Positions 45,290-55,168 of a DNA stretch of 64,000 nucleotides are shown one piece after another. The position numbers and the translations under genes were made by a program. A model generated the notes under the pieces. It had not been told where the DNA came from. It worked only from the letters and a program-made list of their open reading frames with translations, and did no database searches. How positions within the stretch are numbered: the first letter of the stretch is position 1; each line of letters opens with the position of its first letter. This DNA comes from Candidatus Afararchaeum irisae (GTDB lineage: Archaea > Halobacteriota > Halobacteria > Halobacteriales > Afararchaeaceae): the NCBI GenBank assembly GCA_034190545.1, contig JAXIOF010000002.1:3246-67245 (forward strand), written 5' to 3'.

Positions 45290-45497
45290 CGCTGTCGCTC
45301 GTCGCTACGCGTCTCACGTCGATAGCTCTTGGACCTTCTTCTGCCTCCTCGATCTCGAACTCGACTACGTCATCCTCGTCTATCTCGGCACCTAGAACCT
45401 CTGTGATATGGAAAAACACGTCCTCGTCGCCGTCCTCACGCTCTATAAATCCGTAACTCTTCTCGTTGTGGAAGAATTTTACAGTACCTTCTGCCAT
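45285..45497 (-). CDS. cspA: Cold-shock domain protein
   Basis: 'GTVKFFHNEKSYGFIEREDGDEDVFFH' contains the RNP1- and RNP2-like motifs. Confidence 0.9.
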   Translation of the reverse strand: MAEGTVKFFHNEKSYGFIEREDGDEDVFFHITEVLGAEIDEDDVVEFEIEEAEEGPRAIDVRRVATSDSE

Positions 45498-45598
45498 TTG
45501 AGTTCTCCTTTAACGTCTATAAGTTCTTAGCCTTAAAAAGAATTCTGGTGATCTCCGTCTTCCGTAAGTATAATCCGAGAAAGACGCCAACTCACCTT

Positions 45599-46051
45599 AT
45601 GTCGCTCATAGACAACGTAATGGCTTCTCTTCACGTGATATTCGCCGCGGTCTGGATAGGAAGTGCCCTCTTCATGGCGGGGGTCGTCGTACCCGCCGCG
45701 CGCGACGGAAAGATGAGCTCCGAACTCGCGTCGCACGTCGCCGACAGGTTCTCTCTCGTCTCGATCGTCGGCTCAGCAGTCATGTTCGTGACAGGTGGAC
45801 ACATGGCTGGCACGATGTATAACTTCGGTGCTCTCCTCAACACAGTCGGCGGCAACCTCGTACTCACGATGGTCGTCCTCTGGTTCCTGGTATCGGGATT
45901 CCTACATATGGCGACTAAGAAACTCAAGGACGGAGTCGACGAAGACAGGGTCAGGACGCCGGCTAAGAACAGCTTAGTCTGGTACAGGATCTCGGCGGTT
46001 CTCGGCTTCTTACTCCTCGTGAACGGCGCGCTCCTCAGCTTCGTTTACTGA
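45599..46051 (+). CDS. Hypothetical 4-TM membrane protein (CopD/DUF-like)
   Basis: Four hydrophobic helices. I preferred the ATG at 45599 (MSLIDNVMASLHVIFAAVWIG...) to the track's GTG at 45548. Confidence 0.5.
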   Translation: MSLIDNVMASLHVIFAAVWIGSALFMAGVVVPAARDGKMSSELASHVADRFSLVSIVGSAVMFVTGGHMAGTMYNFGALLNTVGGNLVLTMVVLWFLVSGFLHMATKKLKDGVDEDRVRTPAKNSLVWYRISAVLGFLLLVNGALLSFVY

Positions 46052-46052
46052 G

Positions 46053-46841
46053 CTAAGACGTCTTTACGAGGCGGTGTTCGATACCTTCTGACTGGAGCCT
46101 GTCAGTCAGGCTTCCCGTCCTGTCCTCGACTACACAGACGACCGCCGAGACGCCGTTGAGACACGCCTCGACTACACCCTCCTCGACTCCGTACCGAATG
46201 TAGTCTCTGACCTCTGACTTCTCGAGTGCGACCTCGGCTTCTGTTCCGAGTCCGAAGACGACGGCGGCGTCCTCGGTTTCCTCCCTGATCACTTCGGTCT
46301 CTACTTCTCTGCTTCCGCCGTCCTCGACTGAGGGAACCTGAAGGACTGTCACCGAACCCGGCTCCATCTCTATCAGGCCCTCGAACTCTGTTATTCCGAT
46401 GTCCTCGCCCTCCTCGGCTGCTGTGACGGCTACGGCTGTCGGCGATCCGTCGCCGTCGGCTCGTGATACGTACATCCTTCCCTCCTCCATCTCTATGCCA
46501 ACCCTGTCGCCCTCTTCTATACTCTCCCTTGCGACAGCCGTCTCTACGAAGACCTCTCCCATTACGTCACCTGTTACGTGTTCGAGGTAGTCGTCTAGCT
46601 CCTCTGCGCGCGAGAGTATGAGGTCGGCACCTTCCTTCGTCACAGTGTACCTTCCGCGCGCGAGGTTCTCGACGAGACCCTCGTCGACGAGGTAATGCAT
46701 GTGATCCGAGACAGCCTGTGGAGTTATACCTATGCTGTCGGCTATCTCCGTCTGACTTATAGCGGGCTGGTTCTCCGCAATCTGAACGAGTATCTGGAAC
46801 CTAGTTATCTCCCGCTTGTCGTTGAGAAGTCGGCTCTTCAT
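46053..46841 (-). CDS. Winged-helix transcriptional regulator with an uncharacterised C-terminal domain
   Basis: 'ITRFQILVQIAENQPAISQTEIADSIGITPQAVSDHMHYLVDEGLVENLARGRYTVTKEG' is a MarR/ArsR-like wHTH. The C-terminal 170 aa were not recognised. Confidence 0.6.
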   Translation of the reverse strand: MKSRLLNDKREITRFQILVQIAENQPAISQTEIADSIGITPQAVSDHMHYLVDEGLVENLARGRYTVTKEGADLILSRAEELDDYLEHVTGDVMGEVFVETAVARESIEEGDRVGIEMEEGRMYVSRADGDGSPTAVAVTAAEEGEDIGITEFEGLIEMEPGSVTVLQVPSVEDGGSREVETEVIREETEDAAVVFGLGTEAEVALEKSEVRDYIRYGVEEGVVEACLNGVSAVVCVVEDRTGSLTDRLQSEGIEHRLVKTS

Positions 46842-46933
46842 TCTCCTTCTGAGTAAGTAGACGTGCCCGAGACTAATCTATTTTGGTAACCCACCGGCAA
46901 AAATATATTAACCGTGAGTACGACTAACGCCCC

Positions 46934-47956
46934 ATGGATAACTCAAAGACCAGAAGGAGGTTTCTTACTTCTGCGGGACTCTTAGCCCTCGCTGGATGTG
47001 TTCAGACGACCAACCAGGGGCAAGAGACACAGAACGGGGATCAGGCGGACTCGGACGGCGGCTCTGGCGACGGATCGAACTCGGGCAACGGCGGCTCCGG
47101 GGGCAACTCGAACACGGCTGACGGAGACCAGAACGAGACACAGACACAGAACGAGACGGCGAACGAGACCGCAGACGTCGAGGAGGAGGTCGACTACGTC
47201 TCGGAGCCGAGAAGGGACAGACGTGTGAGTGTAGTCCGTGACTCCGTGAGAATTAAGGGCAAGACTATCTGGGGCGAGGTCGAGAACACGGGGAACGTAC
47301 CTCTGATGGGAAGCGACATAGAGGTTCTCGGAAATATGCTCGACAACGACGGGATCGAGATAGCTAGAGGAGAGACCAACCCCAAGGACGTCTACTTCGA
47401 GCCGGGTGAGACACTCCCGTTCAAGTTCAGCATAAGCGTCGAGGTCAAGTCGGCTAAGTCGGAGGTCAACGACAGGATGTCGTCGGCTCAGAGACTCGCC
47501 GAGTTCGGACAGAGGTTCGCCGACTTCCTACATCTCGAAGCCGACGTTCTTCCGAGATCAGAACTCGAAATTCCGATTCCGAGAAAACACTACGGAGCCA
47601 AGAACCTGAGTCTTCTCGATGGTAAACTCGTAGAAGTCACGACTTCAGTCACAGAAGGCGGTAACGTAATCCCCGACACCAGACAGAGAAAGGCGACCTT
47701 CGACCTGCGTCTCAACAACCTCTCCGAAAGAAAGGTCGAGAACTTTGGTGTCGTGATAACACTCAGGAAAGAGGGGTCGACGCCTCAGTTAGTCGACTTC
47801 AAGTTCGTAAATGCGAGTCTCGAACCCGAGGACAGGGGCGAGAACAGGGTCGTAAAGGAGATCAGCTTAGACCAGAGGAACCTCAACGTCAGAGACCCCG
47901 AGATACGTATAACTCTCTACGAGAACACCGAAATAGTAGCCGCGGACGCTGAATAA
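46934..47956 (+). CDS. Secreted or lipid-anchored protein with a Tat signal and lipobox
   Basis: 'SKTRRRFLTSAGLLALAGC' is a twin-arginine signal plus a lipobox Cys. It is followed by a Gly/Asn/Gln/Thr-rich linker and a beta-rich body. Confidence 0.6.
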   Translation: MDNSKTRRRFLTSAGLLALAGCVQTTNQGQETQNGDQADSDGGSGDGSNSGNGGSGGNSNTADGDQNETQTQNETANETADVEEEVDYVSEPRRDRRVSVVRDSVRIKGKTIWGEVENTGNVPLMGSDIEVLGNMLDNDGIEIARGETNPKDVYFEPGETLPFKFSISVEVKSAKSEVNDRMSSAQRLAEFGQRFADFLHLEADVLPRSELEIPIPRKHYGAKNLSLLDGKLVEVTTSVTEGGNVIPDTRQRKATFDLRLNNLSERKVENFGVVITLRKEGSTPQLVDFKFVNASLEPEDRGENRVVKEISLDQRNLNVRDPEIRITLYENTEIVAADAE

Positions 47957-47966
47957 ACTGCCTACT

Positions 47967-48293
47967 CTAGACTTCTTCGAGGTGCTCTATTCCCTTCTTG
48001 CTCACGTTCGCCTCTGTGATCTCGTCGGGCATCCAGTCGGGCTTGTTCTCGGGTGCTGTCTCCTCCCACGCCCACGCGTCATATATGTGTACCTTGTCGG
48101 TACCCTTCTCACGTAGACGTATCTCAGTTGCGTTGTCCTTTGCGTCTTCCTCCGACCCGTGGACGTCGTCGAGTCTTCTCGCCGCCTTCAGCGCAGCCTG
48201 TCTCGGAGTGTTTCCGCTGAAAACGCTCGTCTCTTCACTGTCGGTTCTTAGCGCGAAGTTTCTTTTGCCGTCTTCTCTTACCATTTTTGGCAC
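47967..48293 (-). CDS. Chromosomal protein MC1
   Basis: 'RNFALRTDSEETSVFSGNTPRQAALKAARR...IRLREKGTDKVHIYDAWAWEETAPENKPDWMP' closely parallels the Methanosarcina MC1 sequence as I recall it. Confidence 0.85.
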   Translation of the reverse strand: MPKMVREDGKRNFALRTDSEETSVFSGNTPRQAALKAARRLDDVHGSEEDAKDNATEIRLREKGTDKVHIYDAWAWEETAPENKPDWMPDEITEANVSKKGIEHLEEV

Positions 48294-48414
48294 ACCGTAT
48301 GGGGAAGTCTATTCCGTACTGTAATATTAAATTAACGACGGTCTGCATCTATTTCACCGAAAGATACTTACGTCATGAGAAAACGCGACCCAGAAATACG
48401 ACGAACCGCGCGGT

Positions 48415-49626
48415 TCACGTTGTTGCAGTGATCTCCTCGACCACGTCGTTGACTCCCATCGCTATTCCCTCGACCTCTATTCCGCCTTTACCCTTAGCGG
48501 CGTCGCCGACTACATAGACGCCGTCGAGTGGAGTGTCGTTTCCGGCTTTGTAGCCGTTCGCGACGCGGTTGACGGGCCAGTCTCCCTTGTAGCCCTGTGA
48601 CAGGAGTATCTCGTAGTCGGCGTCGGGGAATATCTCTTCGAGGTCTGACTTCGCCTTACGTATAGCCTCTCCCGCCGTCTCCCTCTCGGGGTTCCAGCTC
48701 ATATGTGCCTCCGTGAGATGTTTGCCGTCGGGAGCGAGACTCGGATCGGCGTGTGTGACCTCGTTTATTCCGTCTACCTTCTCGGCTTCGGGCGCGAACA
48801 GTATTCCGTTGTAACCCAGGAGTGGCTCGTCGGTTCCTAAGCTCATCTTTATACCCGGTGACGGCGGGCGACTCTCCGCCTCTTCGAGGTAGTCGTCGTC
48901 TCCCATCAGACGTGCTGTGATACGGTGTCCTGCGTTCGAGATTACGTAGTCGGCTTCGACCGTCTCGCCCTCGACTGTGACCTCACCCTCGTCTATCGCC
49001 TCGACCTCGTGTCTAGTATGTATCTCTCCCCCCTCCGACTCCACGACGTCGGCGAGTGCGTCGACGACCCCCGAACAGCCGCCCTTCGGAACCCCGGGCA
49101 TACCGTACTTCTTCGTGTTCTTCATTATGGCGTAGATCTCGTCGACTGGCATCTCCTCCGCCGTCAGGGAACACGACCAGCCACAGAAGGCGTCGGCTAC
49201 GTCACGCATCTCGCCGCTCGTGATGTCGTCGAGATTTCTCCCTCTCACGAGACCGTACCACGCTCTGAGGTACCAGAGAGCGTTCTTGACGAGACCGTAC
49301 TTGCCGAATACGTACTCGCTCATGAGGACGTCGTCGCGGCTGTCCCCGAAACGTATCTTAGCCGCGGGGTCACACTCGACTATATCGACGTCCGCGCCTA
49401 CGTCGTCGAGTATTCTTCCGAGAGGACCCGTGGCTCCGTGTGGTATCATATGGAGCGCCCCGCTCGTCAGCTCGTAGCCCTCGTACTCTAGGTTACGGAA
49501 ACGTCCTCCTATCTCGTAGTTCTTCTCGAATATTTCGACCTCGAAGCCCTCCCTCGCGAGCTTAGCACCCGCTGAGAGACCTCCTATTCCCGCGCCGACG
49601 ACGACCGCTCTGGGTTTCGGAGCCAT
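48415..49626 (-). CDS. FAD/NAD(P)-dependent oxidoreductase (phytoene-desaturase-like, COG1233-type)
   Basis: 'AVVVGAGIGGLSAGAKLAREGFEVEIFEKN' dinucleotide-binding motif and a C-terminal 'VYVVGDAA'. Confidence 0.75.
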   Translation of the reverse strand: MAPKPRAVVVGAGIGGLSAGAKLAREGFEVEIFEKNYEIGGRFRNLEYEGYELTSGALHMIPHGATGPLGRILDDVGADVDIVECDPAAKIRFGDSRDDVLMSEYVFGKYGLVKNALWYLRAWYGLVRGRNLDDITSGEMRDVADAFCGWSCSLTAEEMPVDEIYAIMKNTKKYGMPGVPKGGCSGVVDALADVVESEGGEIHTRHEVEAIDEGEVTVEGETVEADYVISNAGHRITARLMGDDDYLEEAESRPPSPGIKMSLGTDEPLLGYNGILFAPEAEKVDGINEVTHADPSLAPDGKHLTEAHMSWNPERETAGEAIRKAKSDLEEIFPDADYEILLSQGYKGDWPVNRVANGYKAGNDTPLDGVYVVGDAAKGKGGIEVEGIAMGVNDVVEEITATT

Positions 49627-49629
49627 TAC

Positions 49630-49654
49630 TTCTGTTCTATTCTATTCTGTTCTG
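49630..49654. repeat. Pentanucleotide tandem repeat (TTCTG)(TTCTA)2(TTCTG)2 that fills an intercistronic spacer
   Basis: Read directly from the sequence. The spacer between the asd stop (49656-49658) and the downstream start (49624-49626) consists almost entirely of the repeat. The unit is the same as at 22561-22580. Confidence 0.9.
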
Positions 49655-49655
49655 T

Positions 49656-50693
49656 TTAGAGTATTCTCTCGGCGATTACCTCTGCGTTGAGGAGGCTCGC
49701 CCCCGCCGCGCCTCTCACCGTGTTGTGTGCGAGACACGAGTACTTCGTGCCCTTCGTGTCGTCACGTACCCTTCCGACACTCACCGACATTCCGTTGCCC
49801 GCGTTCCTGTCGAGTCTCGGCTGAGGTCTGTCGGGCTCGTCGTGGACTATGATCGTCTGGTCTGGCGCAGTCGGGAGGTCGAGAGTCGTGAAGTCGCGGA
49901 AAGCCTCCTTTATCTCCTCGGCTGTGGGGTCTTCGTCTAGCTCTCCCCAGACGTTTTCGAGATGTCCGTCGAATGTGGCGACGCGGTTACACGAAGCCGA
50001 TATGCCGATCTCAGCCTCGTCTATCTCGGAGCCGTCGAACTCTCCGAGTATCTTGAGAGGCTCTGTCTCCATCTTCTTCTCCTCGTTGCTTATGTAGGGA
50101 ATGACGTTGTCGAGTATCTCCATGCTGCTGACTCCCGAGTACCCGGCTCCGCTGACCGCCTGGAGCGTCGCGACGACTACACGTGAGAGACCGAACTCAC
50201 GCAGAGCGGCTATCGTCGGCGTCATCGTGATCGCAGAACAGTTGGGGTTTTTGACTATGCCTCCGTCCCAGCCTCTCTCGTCCGACTGTACCTCTAAGAG
50301 GTCGAGGTGGTCGGGGTTTATCTCGGGTATTACGAGAGGTACGTCGTCCTTCATACGTCCCCATCCCGCGTTCGACGCGACTATGTAGCCATCGTCGGCA
50401 AAGGCGGGCTCGACCTCCTTTGCCGCAGACGACGGAAGCGCGCTGAAGACTATCTCGACGTCGTCGTCAACGTCGCCGGGCTGTGTCTCTCCTACCTCCA
50501 ACTCCTTAGCCATCTCGGGAAGACGTGAGTCGAGTCTCCAGTCGACTACGTCGCTGTATGCGTTTCCCGCAGACGACTCGCTCGCTGTCACCGACGCGAG
50601 TTCGAACCAAGGATGGTCGTCGAGAAGCTGTATGAAACGCTGTCCGACGTTTCCGGTTGCTCCCAGGACTCCGACTTTCGTGTTGTTAGTCAT
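49656..50693 (-). CDS. asd: Aspartate-semialdehyde dehydrogenase (archaeal type)
   Basis: 'KVGVLGATGNVGQRF', the active-site 'NPNCSAI', and 'LQAVSGAGY'. Confidence 0.9.
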   Translation of the reverse strand: MTNNTKVGVLGATGNVGQRFIQLLDDHPWFELASVTASESSAGNAYSDVVDWRLDSRLPEMAKELEVGETQPGDVDDDVEIVFSALPSSAAKEVEPAFADDGYIVASNAGWGRMKDDVPLVIPEINPDHLDLLEVQSDERGWDGGIVKNPNCSAITMTPTIAALREFGLSRVVVATLQAVSGAGYSGVSSMEILDNVIPYISNEEKKMETEPLKILGEFDGSEIDEAEIGISASCNRVATFDGHLENVWGELDEDPTAEEIKEAFRDFTTLDLPTAPDQTIIVHDEPDRPQPRLDRNAGNGMSVSVGRVRDDTKGTKYSCLAHNTVRGAAGASLLNAEVIAERIL

Positions 50694-50729
50694 GTATCTG
50701 GTGGAGAACTCCCAAAACCTAAACCTTTT

Positions 50730-51026
50730 CTATGTTCTGATTCCCAGCAGAAGGGCGAGTATCCTGTGTAGAAACACTCCGGCTATCACGGCTACGAGAG
50801 CGATCCTGTGGTTCACTGCGACTAAAGCCCATCCGAGGCTGAATACCGAAGACACGAAAAGACGGCTCGTCTCGTTCCTCGAAGCTTCTTTCCACTCGTC
50901 CGCTGACTCGGACTCCGACGCCCCCCTACGCGCTAACAAGAGCCAGTAGATCCTGTACGTAACACCCAAGAAAGGCAGGTAGTCTATCAGACTGCTTCTT
51001 CCCCAGTCCCGCTTAGACTTCTCCAT
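50730..51026 (-). CDS. Small hypothetical membrane protein
   Basis: Two or three hydrophobic segments. I set the start at the ATG at 51024-51026 (MEKSKRDW...) to avoid overlap with the upstream gene. Support is weak. Confidence 0.35.
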   Translation of the reverse strand: MEKSKRDWGRSSLIDYLPFLGVTYRIYWLLLARRGASESESADEWKEASRNETSRLFVSSVFSLGWALVAVNHRIALVAVIAGVFLHRILALLLGIRT

Positions 51027-51039
51027 TCCGGCTGCTGAG

Positions 51040-51468
51040 TTACTCTTCGAGTATGTCGTCAAGACCCGGAAGATCGCCTTCTTCTCCCTCACTTGTCTCG
51101 GCTCCGGCTTCGACTTCTTCGACTTCCTCTTCTTCTATCTCCTCGACCTCAGTGACCTTGAGTGGTATGTCGGAGAGCTTCTGACCTATCTCCTTACGAG
51201 CGACTCGTGAGGCGTGTTCCTCGCTCTCGACGTTGAACACCTTCATCTCAAGCTCGAGAGCCACGAGACCCTCGTCTGCGGCTATGAAAGCGGGGTCTTG
51301 TTCGGCTCCGCACTCCTCACACTCCCTGTCACCTACGTTGATCTCGACGTAGTTGAGGTCGGGGTTAAGCATATCTCCGACCTTGCTTATCGCTATCCTG
51401 ACTGCCTCGTCACTTGTCTCTACGTCGTAAACCGGTACTGCTGCTTCAACGACTACTTTGTAGTTCAT
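51040..51468 (-). CDS. UPF0212 (DUF555) family protein
   Basis: 'MNYKVVVEAAVPVYDVETSDEAVRIAISKVGDMLNPDLNYVEINVGDRECEECG' matches the UPF0212 N-terminus. The track ORF's 109-aa upstream extension (Ser-rich, antisense to tfe) was rejected. Confidence 0.75.
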   Translation of the reverse strand: MNYKVVVEAAVPVYDVETSDEAVRIAISKVGDMLNPDLNYVEINVGDRECEECGAEQDPAFIAADEGLVALELEMKVFNVESEEHASRVARKEIGQKLSDIPLKVTEVEEIEEEEVEEVEAGAETSEGEEGDLPGLDDILEE

Positions 51469-51619
51469 GGTTTTACCTTCTCTCCTGCGTCTGCAACATC
51501 TGAACGCCTTTACTCCTGCGGCGTGTTGTTCATATTCCTTAGTAGAACCCCAAAAATCTTCCGCTGTTGGAGGTTGGTCAACGAAGCCTTTAATAAGTTC
51601 ACAGACTCGGTTTAACCCA

Positions 51620-52153
51620 ATGACGGATTTCGAGGATCTACTCTCGAACGAGGTAGTACAGGCATATCTCCAGAAGCTCGTGGGGTCGGAGGGTATGCCT
51701 GTCGCGATGAACCCAGCCGAGGAGGAGATCACCGACGAGGATCTCGCCGAGGAGCTCGACATGGAGCTGAATATAGTGAGGAGGACGCTCTTCATACTCT
51801 ACGAGAACGACCTCGCGTCTTACAGACGTCTCCGTGACGAGGAGACGGGCTGGCTCACGTATCTCTGGACCTTCGAGTACGACGAGATACACGACAACCT
51901 CAGGGATGAGATGAAGAAGCTCTACGAGAGTCTCGACGAGAGGTACGAGTACGAGCGCCAGCACCAGTTCTACATCTGTGAGGTCTGTGGAATACGCTTC
52001 GAGTTCGAGGAGGCTATGGAGCTCGACTTCAACTGCCCCGAGTGTGGGTCTCCGCTCGAATCGATGGACAACGACGACCTACTCGAAGCCCTCGAGTCGA
52101 GGATGGAGAGCATAGACGAAGAGCTTAACCTCAAGACTCCCCGGTTCCAGTGA
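51620..52153 (+). CDS. tfe: Transcription factor E (TFE alpha)
   Basis: wHTH 'ITDEDLAEELDMELNIVRRTLFILYENDLASYRRLRDEETGWLTYLW' plus a zinc ribbon 'CEVCGIRF...CPECGSPL'. The start is the ATG at 51620. Confidence 0.85.
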   Translation: MTDFEDLLSNEVVQAYLQKLVGSEGMPVAMNPAEEEITDEDLAEELDMELNIVRRTLFILYENDLASYRRLRDEETGWLTYLWTFEYDEIHDNLRDEMKKLYESLDERYEYERQHQFYICEVCGIRFEFEEAMELDFNCPECGSPLESMDNDDLLEALESRMESIDEELNLKTPRFQ

Positions 52154-52830
52154 TGAAGACGGTTCTCAACTCGAAGATCTACGTCGAGGGAGACGCCCGT
52201 GACAGGGCACTCGACGGTGCGGAAGCCGTCATAAGAGACAGACTCGAAGGACTCGACGTCGAGTACGAGGTACGTCTCAGGGGTGACGACCGGATAGAGA
52301 TCGAAGGGATCGGAGAAGACATAGAGATGGCTCTCAGCCTACTCGCCGACGAGTTCGGTGAGTTCGAGACCGATCCCGAGAAGGGCGAGACCTACGTTGG
52401 AACCTTGGAGTCGTGGGGCGAGGACGGCTTCACAGTCGACATAGGACGTGAAATACGTCTGCCCGCGGAGTCACTCGACGTACTCGGCACCGGGACGCCG
52501 TCACAGATACGTGAGAGGTACGGCTTAGTTCAGCACATGGCTCTCGAAGTCGTCTGGGACGACACTCCGCGTCTCTCCGACGAACAGGCGGACGAGCTCT
52601 GGGACTGGAGGAAGGGAGACGGACGTATAAATGTCAACTCGTCGACACGCGGCGAGGTCAGGGCTACGGTCAACAGAGCCGGACACGCCCGCGACATAGT
52701 CACAGTAGAACGGCTCGGCTTCTTAGAACAGAGCATCGTATGTAAGGAGGAGACTGATCCTCCGGGTCTCTTAGCCGAGATAGGCAAGTACATACAGGGT
52801 GAAATGAAATGCGTCGTGCCGTCGTCTTAG
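52150..52830 (+). CDS. DUF2110-like protein (conserved neighbour of tfe)
   Basis: 226 aa, overlapping the tfe stop by 4 nt. The family was assigned from gene context and general pattern only. Confidence 0.5.
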   Translation: MMKTVLNSKIYVEGDARDRALDGAEAVIRDRLEGLDVEYEVRLRGDDRIEIEGIGEDIEMALSLLADEFGEFETDPEKGETYVGTLESWGEDGFTVDIGREIRLPAESLDVLGTGTPSQIRERYGLVQHMALEVVWDDTPRLSDEQADELWDWRKGDGRINVNSSTRGEVRATVNRAGHARDIVTVERLGFLEQSIVCKEETDPPGLLAEIGKYIQGEMKCVVPSS

Positions 52831-53498
52831 CCGCCGTCGTCGGTATCGTCGTACTCTCGGGCTGTATGGGAAACTCCCCAGGAGCCTCACCCGGGTACAG
52901 CTGGTCTTCGGTCGAGGGAGACACCGACGTGTACTATGACCTCAACCCCGACAACTATACGGCTGTTATGACTGTGAGCCGTCTCGACTCGTCTCAGGTC
53001 GAGCTATCACAGGGGGACTCATTCGGGGGACGTATACCTGTACGCGCTACTCACGTCCGTTTCCGTTACCCCAACTCGACAGTCGTAAATGCGTCAGTCG
53101 AGACCGAGTCGGATAGGACTACCGTAACGCTTCCCTCCGACGACGGAAAGCTGGCGTACACGTCGCCGTTGAGGTCTAACTCGTTCGCACGCGAGGTACC
53201 GGTGCCTGTCGACGGAGACGTAGTAGTCGTTCTCCCCGAGGGCAAGGACGCCAGAAACAGGATACTCGGCGGAATATCGCCGAGCGGCTACGAGGTCGTC
53301 TCGGAGTCACCTCTGAGTCTGAGATGGAGTGGTCTGAGCCAGGGTGACACAGTAGACGTAAAGTTCTACGACACGGGTAACGTACGTCTCCTGATATACC
53401 TCTTCGGAGCCGTTTTAGCCGGCGCGGTAGCCGTAGTGGTCTACTTCAGACAGCGTCTCGCCGATCTGCGTGAGAAGAGAAGAGAGTACGAGTACTAG
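52809..53498 (+). CDS. Lipoprotein-like membrane protein (N-terminal signal with lipobox, C-terminal TM anchor)
   Basis: 'MRRAVVLAAVVGIVVLSGCMG' and a C-terminal 'LLIYLFGAVLAGAVAVVVYF' followed by basic residues. Confidence 0.55.
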   Translation: MRRAVVLAAVVGIVVLSGCMGNSPGASPGYSWSSVEGDTDVYYDLNPDNYTAVMTVSRLDSSQVELSQGDSFGGRIPVRATHVRFRYPNSTVVNASVETESDRTTVTLPSDDGKLAYTSPLRSNSFAREVPVPVDGDVVVVLPEGKDARNRILGGISPSGYEVVSESPLSLRWSGLSQGDTVDVKFYDTGNVRLLIYLFGAVLAGAVAVVVYFRQRLADLREKRREYEY

Positions 53499-53965
53499 TC
53501 CTTCTCGAGTTCGACGAACTCAAGCGACCTACCGTGTTCACAGTCGATGTCGGAGCCTCCGGCTGTCTCCTTTATGGTGTAGTCCTCCCCGAAGTCGAGA
53601 CCCTCGGGTACACAGTACTTGTAGCCCTTGCACTCCTTCTTGTCACACGTCTCCTCGTCTATCGAGACGGTGGATCCCTCGAACGCCTTCTTCGAGTCGA
53701 CCTGTGCAAAGACGGGTGACTCGGTGACCTCGACCGCACGCACGCTACCTCCGGCGTGAACCCCGCAGTCGAGGTCTTGACCTCCCTCACGTACGTCTAC
53801 GACACGGTAACGCACTCCTTCTTCGAGGTTGAGACACGTAGAGCTGTGAGGACAGACCTCACAGTTCTCGGTTCCTCCCTCGAATATGAACTCCTCTCCG
53901 ACCTCCGCTATCTTCTTTCCTATGAGAGTGATCTGTGTGTTCTGAGGTGTTGAGTCTGATGACAT
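53495..53965 (-). CDS. UPF0179 family Cys-rich protein
   Basis: 'ITLIGKKIAEVGEEFIFEG...CEVCPHSSTCLNLEEGVRYRVVDVRE...LDCGVHAGGSVRAVEV' fits the UPF0179 pattern. Confidence 0.7.
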   Translation of the reverse strand: MSSDSTPQNTQITLIGKKIAEVGEEFIFEGGTENCEVCPHSSTCLNLEEGVRYRVVDVREGGQDLDCGVHAGGSVRAVEVTESPVFAQVDSKKAFEGSTVSIDEETCDKKECKGYKYCVPEGLDFGEDYTIKETAGGSDIDCEHGRSLEFVELEKD

Positions 53966-54062
53966 ATCCGTATATGATTGACCTATCTTGATATGCCTTC
54001 CGTCAGAAGGCTACGAGACGTTAGCCTTAAATCCCAGACGCGTGTCTCTTGAAAAGATAAAG

Positions 54063-55124
54063 ATGGACGAGGAAGAAGGCTTCCGTAAGTCGACCTGGAT
54101 AAGCCTGCCCAGCGACGTCGTAGTCGGACACGGCGTCCTCGAAGAGGTTACGGACGTGCTCGACAAGTCGTGTGAGTCCGGTATAGTCGTCACCTCTCCC
54201 ACGACACGCGGCGTAGCGGGTGACAGGGTCGCTGACCTACTCGAAGACTCGGGGGTCGGCTCGGAGACAGTCGTCGTAGAGGGCGCGAGCTTCGGGTCGA
54301 TAGACGACGTGATAAAGACTGCTGAGGATCTCGACGCCGACGTTCTGTTAGGTGTCGGGGGTGGAGTCCCTATAGACACAGCCAAGGTCGCGTCACACAG
54401 ACTCGACGTACCGTTCGTGAGCGTTCCTACCGCGGCGTCACACGACGGAATCGTCTCGTCGCGCGCGTCTATACCCGACGGCGAGTCGCGTCACTCTGTC
54501 GCGGCGTCGCCTCCCCTAGGAGTCGTAGCTGACACGGGGATACTCGCCGACGCACCCCGGCGTCTCACAGCCAGCGGCTGCGCCGATATAATCTCGAACT
54601 ACACCGCAGTTAAGGACTGGAAGCTCGCAAAGCGTCTCCAGAACGCGAGCTACAGCGGATACGCAGGGGCTCTGAGCGAGATGACCGCCGAGATACTCCT
54701 CGACAACGCCGACTCGATAAAGCCCGGATTAGAGGAGAGCGCGTGGATAGTAGTCAAGGCTCTCGTCTCATCTGGAGTCGCGATGAGCATAGCCGGATCG
54801 TCACGTCCCGCGAGCGGAAGCGAACATAAGTTCTCACACGCACTCGACCGTATCGACTCAAAGAGGGCTCTCCACGGAGAACAGTGCGGCGTCGGGAGCA
54901 TAATGATGATGTACCTCCACGGCGGCGACTGGGAACGTATAAGAGACGCACTCGAAACTATAGGTGCTCCGACGACTGCCGACGAGCTCGGGTTCAGCCG
55001 TGACGAGATAATAGAGGCTCTCGTGACCGCTCACGAGATAAGACCTGAACGTTACACTATACTAGGAAGCGGACTCACCGAGGAAGCCGCCGAGAACGTC
55101 GCCGAGATCACGGGTGTGGTCTAA
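54063..55124 (+). CDS. egsA: sn-Glycerol-1-phosphate dehydrogenase
   Basis: Fe-ADH-like fold: '[14 protein letters not shown]', '[11 protein letters not shown]' and '[10 protein letters not shown]...LHGEQCG'. The start is the ATG at 54063 (MDEEEGFRK...). Confidence 0.85.
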   Translation: MDEEEGFRKSTWISLPSDVVVGHGVLEEVTDVLDKSCESGIVVTSPTTRGVAGDRVADLLEDSGVGSETVVVEGASFGSIDDVIKTAEDLDADVLLGVGGGVPIDTAKVASHRLDVPFVSVPTAASHDGIVSSRASIPDGESRHSVAASPPLGVVADTGILADAPRRLTASGCADIISNYTAVKDWKLAKRLQNASYSGYAGALSEMTAEILLDNADSIKPGLEESAWIVVKALVSSGVAMSIAGSSRPASGSEHKFSHALDRIDSKRALHGEQCGVGSIMMMYLHGGDWERIRDALETIGAPTTADELGFSRDEIIEALVTAHEIRPERYTILGSGLTEEAAENVAEITGVV

Positions 55125-55142
55125 GACTTAAGACTATACTAT

Positions 55143-55157
55143 ACAGCCGACGGCTGT
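55143..55157. terminator. Short hairpin ACAGCCG-A-CGGCTGT between convergent genes
   Basis: 7-bp stem read directly from the sequence, between the egsA stop (55124) and the stop of the minus-strand membrane gene (55169). Its function is unproven. Confidence 0.25.
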
Positions 55158-55168
55158 CTGTCACGCTC

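Noticed and set aside
51469-51795. 109-aa N-terminal extension of the UPF0212 ORF (track ORF 51040-51795)
   Set aside because: The family N-terminus MNYKVVVEAAVP starts at 51468. The extension is Ser-rich and lies antisense to the tfe gene.
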